A DNA stretch of 64,000 nt from an uncultured delta proteobacterium (GTDB lineage: Bacteria > Myxococcota > UBA727 > VGSZ01). The stretch spans positions 380,430 to 444,429 of the forward strand of contig CAVZJB010000012.1 of the NCBI GenBank assembly GCA_963775425.1. Reading direction: 5' to 3'. The translations under genes were made by a program, and so were the position numbers. This document shows, piece by piece, positions 51,903 through 61,835 of this stretch. The notes under the pieces are model-generated. The model saw only the letters and a list, made by a program, of their open reading frames with translations, ran no database searches and was not told where the DNA came from. The first letter of the stretch is position 1. Each line of letters starts with the position of its first letter.

Positions 51903-53525
51903 ATGCGCCCGCTTCTTTCGATCCTCGCCCTCTCACCGCTCGCGCTCCTCTTCGGGTGCCCTCCCCAGTTCGTCCGCTGCGACAAGGACACGAGCGCCTG
52001 TAGCAGCGACGAGGTCTGCGACCCCTCCGGCGTCTGCGTCCGCGACGCCGGCGAGGGCGAAGGCGAAGGCGAAGGCGAGGGCGAGGGCGAGGGCGAGGGC
52101 GAGGGCGAGGGCGAGGGCGAGGGCGAGGTTGTGGCGTTCACGAGCCCGACCCGCTCTGCCCCCGTTGGGGTTCCGTTCGAGCTCCCATTCACCAATGCGA
52201 CGGCGAGCTCGTGCGCGGCGACCTTCGACCGTGACGTCGGGGATGCGGCGACCGTGATCGACGATCACGTCGCCGTGACCCTCGCCGAACCGGGGAGCGT
52301 CTCGGTCGGCCTCGATTGCGGCGGCGTGGGAGCGACGGCGGCGATCACGGGCTGGTCGTTGACGCCGCAGGAGATCGCTCCGGTCGCCGCCGCAGCCGGC
52401 GGCGCCGACGCGGTGCTTCCGTTCACCGTCGAGCCCTCGTCCCTCGCCGTGAAATGCGACGTGACGGCGACGCCGAAGAGCACATTTGGGGCGCCGGACG
52501 CGCGGAGCACCCCGGCCGTAGGCTCGGGTGAGAGCTTCAGCGTCGACGAGACCAGTGCCGTGACGCTCTCGTGCTTCGACCCGAACGACGGGCAGGATCC
52601 GCACCTGCAGCTCGTCGAGACGACGGGAGTCGAGGTGACCCCGTTGGTCGCGTTCTCGTTCGACGTGGTTCCCGGGACGCTCGTGGTGACCGTCAACGCG
52701 ATCGGCGCCGAGCACTGCGGTCTTCGGGACGGCGGCAACGAGATCGTCGGTGTCGATCGCGCCGATGCGTCGAGCACCTCGTTCGTCCTCAACGCGGACA
52801 GTGGCACCGTGCCATCGACGCCGACGACGCTGGACGTTGCGTGCAGCGGCGGCGGCGGCGCTCCAGCCGCGGCGTCCTTCGGCACCCTGCCGATCGCTCA
52901 GGGAGGAAGTGTGATCGACGACGCCGGCGTCACGAGGCTGGCAAGCGGAAACGTCGCGATCCTCGTCGGCGACATCGGCCCCGTCAACCCGAGCTCCACG
53001 TCGCTGGCGGTGCCCTCGTTGCAGTTCATTGCAGGCGCTCTGAACGTGCAGTGCAACGGGACCACAACGCTCGACAGCGTCGACTTCGAAGGGCTTCACA
53101 AGGTCGCGGGAGCGGTAACCGTGAACGACTGTGACAAGCCGGGCTTGGACGTGCTTCTTGGAAGCGCGGCCGCGACAACGCCTGCTCTCGAGCTCGGCGC
53201 GCTCGCCATCACTTCGAATGCCGGTCTCGTTGGGCTCAACCTCCCGGCCCTGGCCACGGTGGTCGGCGTCCTGTCGGTGACGAATAACGTCAACGCCAGC
53301 AATACAGCCGGGCTAGGAAGCATCAATACGAGCGCCCTTACGACGGTCGGCGGGAGTTTCTCCGTGACCGGGAACGGGATGCTCACGTGCGGCGACACGA
53401 CGATCGGCGTCCTCAAGGCTCGCTGCGATCTCACCAGCCCCCCCGGATCCACGTTGATCGCGAACAACGCCGGCGGATGCCTTGACCACGCGTTCTCGCG
53501 CGCCACCGACTGCGCTTCTGACTGA
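51903..53525 (+). CDS. Array lipoprotein copy 1 (leader a, cassette X, cap P; GE x13)
   Basis: LLFGC lipobox, Cys knot, GE linker, core, and receptor-L/LRR-like repeats (LPALATVVGVLSVTNN). Confidence 0.9.
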   Translation: MRPLLSILALSPLALLFGCPPQFVRCDKDTSACSSDEVCDPSGVCVRDAGEGEGEGEGEGEGEGEGEGEGEGEGEVVAFTSPTRSAPVGVPFELPFTNATASSCAATFDRDVGDAATVIDDHVAVTLAEPGSVSVGLDCGGVGATAAITGWSLTPQEIAPVAAAAGGADAVLPFTVEPSSLAVKCDVTATPKSTFGAPDARSTPAVGSGESFSVDETSAVTLSCFDPNDGQDPHLQLVETTGVEVTPLVAFSFDVVPGTLVVTVNAIGAEHCGLRDGGNEIVGVDRADASSTSFVLNADSGTVPSTPTTLDVACSGGGGAPAAASFGTLPIAQGGSVIDDAGVTRLASGNVAILVGDIGPVNPSSTSLAVPSLQFIAGALNVQCNGTTTLDSVDFEGLHKVAGAVTVNDCDKPGLDVLLGSAAATTPALELGALAITSNAGLVGLNLPALATVVGVLSVTNNVNASNTAGLGSINTSALTTVGGSFSVTGNGMLTCGDTTIGVLKARCDLTSPPGSTLIANNAGGCLDHAFSRATDCASD

Positions 53526-53621
53526 TGAGGGCCATGTTCCCTCTCAGGGTTGCATCCCGTAGTCTGGGCTCGCGGCAAGTCCACCGCGGCCAACCTATGC
53601 AGCGAGAACGGGTGGAAGCAC

Positions 53622-55217
53622 ATGCGCGTCGGGCGGTTTTGGAGCTTGTCATCAACGGTGTCTTTGTTCCTCGGTGTCTCGTGCTCGACGGCTTCCCCGA
53701 GCGCGGACCAGTGCGTCGACTCGTCTGACTGTCCCAGCGGAAAGCGTTGCATTGTCTCCGCGGGCGTAGCGGCGTGCGGGGAGGGCGAGGGCGAGGGCGA
53801 GGGCGAGGGCGAGGGCGAGGGCGAGGGCGAGGGCGAGGTTGTGGCGTTCACGAGCCCGACCCGCTCTGCCCCCGTTGGGGTTCCGTTCGAGCTCCCATTC
53901 ACCAATGCGACGGCGAGCTCGTGCGCGGCGACCTTCGACCGTGACGTCGGGGATGCGGCGACCGTGATCGACGATCACGTCGCCGTGACCCTCGCCGAAC
54001 CGGGGAGCGTCTCGGTCGGCCTCGATTGCGGCGGCGTGGGAGCGACGGCGGCGATCACGGGCTGGTCGTTGACGCCGCAGGAGATCGCTCCGGTCGCCGC
54101 CGCCGCCGGCGGCGCCGACGCGGTGCTTCCGTTCACCGTCGAGCCCTCGTCCCTCGCCGTGAAATGCGACGTGACGGCGACGCCGAAGAGCACATTTGGG
54201 GCGCCGGACGCGCGGAGCACCCCGGCCGTAGGCTCGGGTGAGAGCTTCAGCGTCGACGAGACCAGTGCCGTGACGCTCTCGTGCTTCGACCCGAACGACG
54301 GGCAGGATCCGCACCTGCAGCTCGTCGAGACGACGGGAGTCGAGGTGACCCCGTTGGTCGCGTTCTCGTTCGACGTGGTTCCCGGGACGCTCGTGGTGAC
54401 CGTCAACGCGATCGGCGCCGAGCACTGCGGTCTTCGGGACGGCGGCAACGAGATTGTCGGTGTCGATCGCGCCGATGCGTCGAGCACCTCGTTCGTCCTC
54501 AACGCGGACAGTGGCACCGTGCCGTCGACGCCGACGACGCTGGACGTTGCTTGCAGCGGCGGCGGCGGCGCTCCAGCCGCGGCGTCCTTCGGCACCCTGC
54601 CGATCGCTCAGGGAGGAAGTGTGATCGACGACGCCGGCGTCACGAGGCTGGCAAGCGGAAACGTCGCGATCCTCGTCGGCGACATCGGCCTCATCAACCC
54701 GAGCTCCACGTCGCTGGCGGTGCCCTCGTTGCAGTTCATTGCAGGCGCTCTGAACGTGCAGTGCAACGGCCAGTCGATTCTTCAGACCGTCGATTTCGAA
54801 GCGCTCGAGAAGGTCGCCGGTGCCGCGAAGGTTCAGGAGTGTGACAACGATAGCCTCGCCATCCACCTCGGAAACCACAGCAACCCGCTGCCTGCGCTGG
54901 AGGTCGGCGCGCTCGACATCTCTTCGAACGCTGGTCTCGGTTCCCTCAACCTCCCCGCGCTCTCGGCCACGGTTCTCGGCGCAACTTCGATCGTCGTATC
55001 CGACAACGCGTCGCTTCTGGGCATGAACATGGACTCACTGCGCTCCGGTGTGCAGATCTTCAACGTGCTCAATAACGACAGTCTTGGATGTGGCGATCGC
55101 ACGTTTGGGGTCGTGAAGATTCGCTGTGGCCTGGAGACAGCGCCTGCAACGACCATCTCGTCAAATGCGGGGGGCTGCCTGAACGGAGGATTCCAAGAGT
55201 CTCTGTGTACGCCATGA
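53622..55217 (+). CDS. Array lipoprotein copy 2 (leader b, cassette Y, cap Q; GE x10)
   Basis: MRVGRFWSLSSTVSLFLGVSC; track ORF starts at 53550. Confidence 0.9.
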   Translation: MRVGRFWSLSSTVSLFLGVSCSTASPSADQCVDSSDCPSGKRCIVSAGVAACGEGEGEGEGEGEGEGEGEGEVVAFTSPTRSAPVGVPFELPFTNATASSCAATFDRDVGDAATVIDDHVAVTLAEPGSVSVGLDCGGVGATAAITGWSLTPQEIAPVAAAAGGADAVLPFTVEPSSLAVKCDVTATPKSTFGAPDARSTPAVGSGESFSVDETSAVTLSCFDPNDGQDPHLQLVETTGVEVTPLVAFSFDVVPGTLVVTVNAIGAEHCGLRDGGNEIVGVDRADASSTSFVLNADSGTVPSTPTTLDVACSGGGGAPAAASFGTLPIAQGGSVIDDAGVTRLASGNVAILVGDIGLINPSSTSLAVPSLQFIAGALNVQCNGQSILQTVDFEALEKVAGAAKVQECDNDSLAIHLGNHSNPLPALEVGALDISSNAGLGSLNLPALSATVLGATSIVVSDNASLLGMNMDSLRSGVQIFNVLNNDSLGCGDRTFGVVKIRCGLETAPATTISSNAGGCLNGGFQESLCTP

Positions 55218-55304
55218 TTTCGTTTGCTCGCGCTGGAGCGCCGCTTGCGAGAGCCGGCGCCGTCCTCGGTGTGAACGAGAAACCGCGCTGAACCTGGGGG
55301 GCGG

Positions 55305-56891
55305 ATGCCAGGCAAGCTTGCTTCATATCGATCAGTCTTCGTGCTGCTGGTCCTCGGTGTCTCTTGCTCGACGGCCACTCCAGACCCTGACCGATGCGCC
55401 GACTCGTCGGACTGCCCGAGCGGGCAAAGCTGCATCGTCACTGCCGGGGTAGCGGCGTGTGGCGAAGGCGAGGGCGAGGGCGAGGGCGAGGGCGAGGGCG
55501 AGGGCGAGGGCGAGGGCGAGGTTGTGGCGTTCACGAGCCCGACCCGCTCTGCCCCCGTTGGGGTTCCGTTCGAGCTCCCATTCACCAATGCGACGGCGAG
55601 CTCGTGCGCGGCGACCTTCGACCGTGACGTCGGGGATGCGGCGACCGTGATCGACGATCACGTCGCCGTGACCCTCGCCGAACCGGGGAGCGTCTCGGTC
55701 GGCCTCGATTGCGGCGGCGTGGGAGCGACGGCGGCGATCACGGGCTGGTCGTTGACGCCGCAGGAGATCGCTCCGGTCGCCGCCGCAGCCGGCGGCGCCG
55801 ACGCGGTGCTTCCGTTCACCGTCGAGCCCTCGTCCCTCGCCGTGAAATGCGACGTGACGGCGACGCCGAAGAGCACATTTGGGGCGCCGGACGCGCGGAG
55901 CACCCCGGCCGTAGGCTCGGGTGAGAGCTTCAGCGTCGACGAGACCAGTGCCGTGACGCTCTCGTGCTTCGACCCGAACGACGGGCAGGATCCGCACCTG
56001 CAGCTCGTCGAGACGACGGGAGTCGAGGTGACCCCGTTGGTCGCGTTCTCGTTCGACGTGGTTCCCGGGACGCTCGTGGTGACCGTCAACGCGATCGGCG
56101 CCGAGCACTGCGGTCTTCGGGACGGCGGCAACGAGATCGTCGGTGTCGATCGCGCCGATGCGTCGAGCACCTCGTTCGTCCTCAACGCGGACAGTGGCAC
56201 CGTGCCATCGACGCCGACGACGCTGGACGTTGCGTGCAGCGGCGGCGGCGGCGCTCCAGCCGCGGCGTCCTTCGGCACCCTGCCGATCGCTCAGGGAGGA
56301 AGTGTGATCGACGACGCCGGCGTCACGAGGCTGGCAAGCGGAAACGTCGCGATCCTCGTCGGCGACATCGGCCCCGTCAACCCGAGCTCCACGTCGCTGG
56401 CGGTGCCCTCGTTGCAGTTCATTGCAGGCGCTCTGAACGTGCAGTGCAACGGGACCACAACGCTCGACAGCGTCGACTTCGAAGGGCTTCACAAGGTCGC
56501 GGGAGCGGTAACCGTGAACGACTGTGACAAGCCGGGCTTGGACGTGTTTCTTGGAAGCGCGGCCGCGACAACGCCTGCTCTCGAGCTCGGCGCGCTCGAC
56601 ATCTCTTCGAACGCTGGTCTCGGTTCCCTCAACCTCCCCGCGCTCGCCACGGTTTCGGGCAACATCGTCGTATCCGACAACGCGTCGCTTCTGGGCATGA
56701 ACATGGACTCACTGCGCTCCGGTGTGCAGATCTTCAACGTGCTCAATAACGACAGTCTTGGATGTGGCGATCGCACGTTTGGGGTCGTGAAGATTCGCTG
56801 TGGCCTGGAGACAGCGCCTGCAACGACCATCTCGTCAAATGCGGGGGGCTGCCTGAACGGAGGATTCCAAGAGTCTCTGTGTACGCCATGA
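55305..56891 (+). CDS. Array lipoprotein copy 3 (leader c, cassette X, cap Q; GE x10)
   Basis: MPGKLASYRSVFVLLVLGVSC; same core as copies 1-2. Confidence 0.9.
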   Translation: MPGKLASYRSVFVLLVLGVSCSTATPDPDRCADSSDCPSGQSCIVTAGVAACGEGEGEGEGEGEGEGEGEGEVVAFTSPTRSAPVGVPFELPFTNATASSCAATFDRDVGDAATVIDDHVAVTLAEPGSVSVGLDCGGVGATAAITGWSLTPQEIAPVAAAAGGADAVLPFTVEPSSLAVKCDVTATPKSTFGAPDARSTPAVGSGESFSVDETSAVTLSCFDPNDGQDPHLQLVETTGVEVTPLVAFSFDVVPGTLVVTVNAIGAEHCGLRDGGNEIVGVDRADASSTSFVLNADSGTVPSTPTTLDVACSGGGGAPAAASFGTLPIAQGGSVIDDAGVTRLASGNVAILVGDIGPVNPSSTSLAVPSLQFIAGALNVQCNGTTTLDSVDFEGLHKVAGAVTVNDCDKPGLDVFLGSAAATTPALELGALDISSNAGLGSLNLPALATVSGNIVVSDNASLLGMNMDSLRSGVQIFNVLNNDSLGCGDRTFGVVKIRCGLETAPATTISSNAGGCLNGGFQESLCTP

Positions 56892-58407
56892 TTTCGTTTG
56901 CTCGCGCTGGAGCGCCGCTTGCGAGAGCCGGCGCCGTCCTCGGTGTGAACGAGAAACCGCGCTGAACCTGGGGGGCGGATGCCAGGCAAGCTTGCTTCAT
57001 ATCGATCAGTCTTCGTGCTGCTGGTCCTCGGTGTCTCTTGCTCGACGGCCACTCCAGACCCTGACCGATGCGCCGACTCGTCGGACTGCCCGAGCGGGCA
57101 AAGCTGCATCGTCACTGCCGGGGTAGCGGCGTGTGGCGAAGGCGAGGGCGAGGGCGAGGGCGAAGGCGAAGGCGAGGGCGAAGGCGAAGGCGAGGGCGAG
57201 GGCGAGGTCGTGGCGTTCACGAACCCGACCCGCTCCGCTCCCGTCGGTGTCCCCTTCGAGCTCCCATTCACCAATGCGACGGCGAGCTCGTGCGCGGCGA
57301 CCTTCGACCGTGACGTCGGGGATGCGGCGACCGTGATCGACGATCACGTCGCCGTGACCCTCGCCGAACCGGGGAGCGTCTCGGTCGGCCTCGATTGCGG
57401 CGGCGTGGGAGCGACGGCGGCGATCACGGGCTGGTCGTTGACGCCGCAGGAGATCGCTCCGGTCGCCGCCGCCGCCGGCGGCGCCGACGCGGTGCTTCCG
57501 TTCACCGTCGAGCCCTCGTCCCTCGCCGTGAAATGCGACGTGACGGCGACGCCGAAGAGCACATTTGGGGCGCCGGACGCGCGGAGCACCCCGGCCGTAG
57601 GCTCGGGTGAGAGCTTCAGCGTCGACGAGACCAGTGCCGTGACGCTCTCGTGCTTCGACCCGAACGACGGGCAGGATCCGCACCTGCAGCTCGTCGAGAC
57701 GACGGGAGTCGAGGTGACCCCGTTGGTCGCGTTCTCGTTCGACGTGGTTCCCGGGACGCTCGTGGTGACCGTCAACGCGATCGGCGCCGAGCACTGCGGT
57801 CTTCGGGACGGCGGCAACGAGATCGTCGGTGTCGATCGCGCCGATGCGTCGAGCACCTCGTTCGTCCTCAACGCGGACAGTGGCACCGTGCCGTCGACGC
57901 CGACGACGCTGGACGTTGCTTGCAGCGGCGGCGGCGGCGCTCCAGCCGCGGCGTCCTTCGGCACCCTGCCGATCGCTCAGGGAGGAAGTGTGATCGACGA
58001 CGCCGGCGTCACGAGGCTGGCAAGCGGAAACGTCGCGATCCTCGTCGGCGACATTGTCCCCGTCAACCCGAGCTCCACGTCGCTGGCGGTGCCCTCGTTG
58101 CAGTTCATTGCAGGCGCTCTGAACGTGCAGTGCAACGGGACCACAACGCTCGACAGCGTCGACTTCGAAGGGCTTCACAAGGTCGCGGGAGCGGTAACCG
58201 TGAACGACTGTGACAAGCCGGGCTTGGACGTGCTTCTTGGAAGCGCGGCCGCGACAACGCCTGCTCTCGAGGTCGGCGCGCTCGACATCTCTTCGAACGC
58301 TGGTCTCGGTTCCCTCAACCTCCCGGCCCTGGCCACGGTGGTCGGCGTCCTGTCGGTGACGAATAACGTCAACGCCAGCAATACAGCCGGGCTAGGAAGC
58401 ATCAATA

Positions 58408-59791
58408 GGCTCTTCGCGCTTTTGAGTGGGCATCGGCAAGGGTGCACGGCCCGCAAGGCCGCATGGGGCCTGGCGTTTCCAGGGGCGCGTCTTGGTTGAA
58501 ACCTGCGTCGAGTTGAGGGCAGGCTGGTGGGATGAAGAGCCCGGCCTCCATTCGCGCACTGTTCTCGTTGCCGGGCTTCGTTGCTGCCTCCGCTCTCAAG
58601 GGTGAGTTCGGCGATCGGTACGCCCGCGTCATCGTGCTTCGTCGGCGAAAAAAGCGGCGGTGTGCTCGTGCTGTGGACATCGATGTCGAGGCCGATACGA
58701 CCAGCGGACCTGCCGCGCGCGCGACCTCTCGGTGGCTGGGTGGCGCGTCTACGTGGAGTTCGAGCGCTGGCGCGTCCGGTGCCCGCGATGCCACGCGGTG
58801 TTCGTAGAGCAGCTCGACTGGCTTGCGAAGAACCCGAGGTACACGCGGCGGTACGCGCTGCACGTCGGTGCGCTCTGCCGCGAGATGACCAACAAGGCCG
58901 TCGCGGAGCTCGAGCACTTGCACGACAGCACCGTGAAGGACCTCGACAAGATCTACATGCGGCTCCAGGTCGAGCGAGCTGGTCGGTTGGCGCCCAGGGC
59001 CATCGGCGTCGACGAGATCTCGGTGCGCAAGGGGCAGAACTACCGCGTGATCGTCAGCGACCTCGACCAGCATCGGCCGATCTGGTTCGGCGGGACGGGT
59101 CGCACCGAAGCCGACTTCGATCTCTTCTTCGCGGCGCTGGGCCCGGCCAAGTGTGCCCGCATCGAGATCGCCGCCATGGACATGTGGAAGCCGTTCAGGA
59201 AGTCGCTCGCCAAGAACGCACCCAACGCGCGCGTGGTCTTCGACAAGTTCCACATCATGCGCCACCTCTCCGACGCCCTCGACGAGGTGCGGCGCAGCGA
59301 GTTCCGGCGGCTGAAGGGCAAGGACCGCGCGTACATCAAGGGCCAGCGGTACACGCTGCTCTCCCACCGCGAGAACCTCGACCACGACGGCAGGGCGAGC
59401 CTCAAGAAGCTGCTGCAGGCCAACAGGCGCCTCAACACCGCCTACGTCCTCAAGGAGTCCTTCGGCCTTCTGTGGGACTACCGCACCGAGCGTGGCTCGC
59501 GGGCCTTCTTCGACCGCTGGCGGGACAGCCTCAAGTGGCAACGGCTCGCCCCCTACGTGAAATTCGCCGCGATGATCGAGCGTCACTGGGATGGCATCGC
59601 CTCATACTGCCGCCCCGAGAACAAGATCAGCCTCGGCGTCGTGGAGGGGCTCAACAACAAAATCCGCGTCATCCAAAGACGGGCATACGGCTACCGAGAC
59701 GAGGAGTACCTGGGGCTGAAAATCGTCGCGGCTTTCCTGCCCGCGCTGCCCCGAAGTGCCTGAGAGGGCCCACTGCGATCCGCGAAGAGCC
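58408..59791 (+). mobile_element. ISL3-family insertion sequence, 1384 bp
   Basis: 24-bp imperfect terminal IRs GGCTCTTCGCG-N6-AGTGGGC; 8-bp TSD CATCAATA at 58400-58407 and 59792-59799. Confidence 0.96.
58532..59763 (+). CDS. ISL3 transposase, two ORFs joined by a -1 frameshift at A-AAA-AAG (58648-58654)
   Basis: Zn finger CSCC...CPRC; IGVDE; AMDMWKPF; FDKFH; EGLNNKIRVIQRRAYGYRD. Confidence 0.92.
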
Positions 59792-60092
59792 CATCAATAC
59801 GAGCGCCCTTACGACGGTCGGCGGGAGTTTCTCCGTGACCGGGAACGGGATGCTCACGTGCGGCGACACGACGATCGGCGTGCTCAAGGCTCGCTGCGAT
59901 CTCACCAGCCCCCCCGGATCCACGTTGATCGCGAACAACGCCGGCGGATGCCTTGACCACGCGTTCTCGCGCGCCACCGACTGCGCTTCTGACTGATGAG
60001 GGCCATGTTCCCTCTCAGGGTTGCATCCCGTAGTCTGGGCTCGCGGCAAGTCCACCGCGGCCAACCTATGCAGCGAGAACGGGTGGAAGCAC

Positions 60093-61748
60093 ATGCGCGT
60101 CGGGCGGTTTTGGAGCTTGTCATCAACGGTGTCTTTGTTCCTCGGTGTCTCGTGCTCGACGGCTTCCCCGAGCGCGGACCAGTGCGTCGACTCGTCTGAC
60201 TGTCCCAGCGGAAAGCGTTGCATTGTCTCCGCGGGCGTAGCGGCGTGCGGGGAGGGCGAGGGCGAGGGCGAGGGCGAGGGCGAGGGCGAGGGCGAGGGCG
60301 AGGGCGAGGTTGTGGCGTTCACGAGCCCGACCCGCTCTGCCCCCGTTGGGGTTCCGTTCGAGCTCCCATTCACCAATGCGACGGCGAGCTCGTGCGCGGC
60401 GACCTTCGACCGTGACGTCGGGGATGCGGCGACCGTGATCGACGATCACGTCGCCGTGACCCTCGCCGAACCGGGGAGCGTCTCGGTCGGCCTCGATTGC
60501 GGCGGCGTGGGAGCGACGGCGGCGATCACGGGCTGGTCGTTGACGCCGCAGGAGATCGCTCCGGTCGCCGCCGCAGCCGGCGGCGCCGACGCGGTGCTTC
60601 CGTTCACCGTCGAGCCCTCGTCCCTCGCCGTGAAATGCGACGTGACGGCGACGCCGAAGAGCACATTTGGGGCGCCGGACGCGCGGAGCACCCCGGCCGT
60701 AGGCTCGGGTGAGAGCTTCAGCGTCGACGAGACCAGTGCCGTGACGCTCTCGTGCTTCGACCCGAACGACGGGCAGGATCCGCACCTGCAGCTCGTCGAG
60801 ACGACGGGAGTCGAGGTGACCCCGTTGGTCGCGTTCTCGTTCGACGTGGTTCCCGGGACGCTCGTGGTGACCGTCAACGCGATCGGCGCCGAGCACTGCG
60901 GTCTTCGGGACGGCGGCAACGAGATCGTCGGTGTCGATCGCGCCGATGCGTCGAGCACCTCGTTCGTCCTCAACGCGGACAGTGGCACCGTGCCATCGAC
61001 GCCGACGACGCTGGACGTTGCTTGCAGCGGCGGCGGCGGCGCTCCAGCCGCGGCGTCCTTCGGCACCCTGCCGATCGCTCAGGGAGGAAGTGTGATCGAC
61101 GACGCCGGCGTCACGAGGCTGGCAAGCGGAAACGTCGCGATCCTCGTCGGCGACATCGGCCTCATCAACCCGAGCTCCACGTCGCTGGCGGTGCCCTCGT
61201 TGCAGTTCATTGCGGGCGCTCTGAACGTGCAGTGCAACGGCCAGTCGATTCTTCAGACCGTCGATTTCGAAGCGCTCGAGAAGGTCGCCGGTGCCGCGAA
61301 GGTTCAGGAGTGTGACAACGATAGCCTCGCCATCCACCTCGGAAACCACAGCAACCCGCTGCCTGCGCTGGAGGTCGGCGCGCTCGACATCTCTTCGAAC
61401 GCTGGTCTCGGTTCCCTCAACCTCCCCGCGCTCGCGGCCATCTCTGGCGACATCGACATCTCTTCCAACGCGGGGCTCGGTTCCCTCAACCTGCCCGCGC
61501 TCGCCACGGTTTCGGGCAACATCGTCGTATCCGACAACGCGTCGCTTCTGGGCATGAACATGGACTCACTGCGCTCCGGTGTGCAGATCTTCAACGTGCT
61601 CAATAACGACAGTCTTGGATGTGGCGATCGCACGTTTGGGGTCGTGAAGATTCGCTGTGGCCTGGAGACAGCGCCTGCAACGACCATCTCGTCAAATGCG
61701 GGGGGCTGCCTGAACGGAGGATTCCAAGAGTCTCTGTGTACGCCATGA
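60093..61748 (+). CDS. Array lipoprotein copy 5 (leader b, cassette Y, extra solenoid repeat, cap Q; GE x10)
   Basis: Extra 23-aa repeat AAISGDIDISSNAGLGSLNLPAL at 61434-61502. Confidence 0.9.
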   Translation: MRVGRFWSLSSTVSLFLGVSCSTASPSADQCVDSSDCPSGKRCIVSAGVAACGEGEGEGEGEGEGEGEGEGEVVAFTSPTRSAPVGVPFELPFTNATASSCAATFDRDVGDAATVIDDHVAVTLAEPGSVSVGLDCGGVGATAAITGWSLTPQEIAPVAAAAGGADAVLPFTVEPSSLAVKCDVTATPKSTFGAPDARSTPAVGSGESFSVDETSAVTLSCFDPNDGQDPHLQLVETTGVEVTPLVAFSFDVVPGTLVVTVNAIGAEHCGLRDGGNEIVGVDRADASSTSFVLNADSGTVPSTPTTLDVACSGGGGAPAAASFGTLPIAQGGSVIDDAGVTRLASGNVAILVGDIGLINPSSTSLAVPSLQFIAGALNVQCNGQSILQTVDFEALEKVAGAAKVQECDNDSLAIHLGNHSNPLPALEVGALDISSNAGLGSLNLPALAAISGDIDISSNAGLGSLNLPALATVSGNIVVSDNASLLGMNMDSLRSGVQIFNVLNNDSLGCGDRTFGVVKIRCGLETAPATTISSNAGGCLNGGFQESLCTP

Positions 61749-61835
61749 TTTCGTTTGCTCGCGCTGGAGCGCCGCTTGCGAGAGCCGGCGCCGTCCTCGG
61801 TGTGAACGAGAAACCGCGCTGAACCTGGGGGGCGG

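Larger units (their letters stand above)
56979..59996 (+). pseudogene. Array lipoprotein copy 4 (leader c, cassette X, cap P; GE x12), interrupted by ISL3
   Basis: Removing the IS and one TSD copy restores ...GLGSINTSALTT..., as in copy 1. Confidence 0.92.

Noticed and set aside
58581-59996. 471-aa ORF reading through the IS into cap P
   Set aside because: Arg/Ala-rich alternate frame of the transposase; the in-frame fusion with the cap is probably coincidental.
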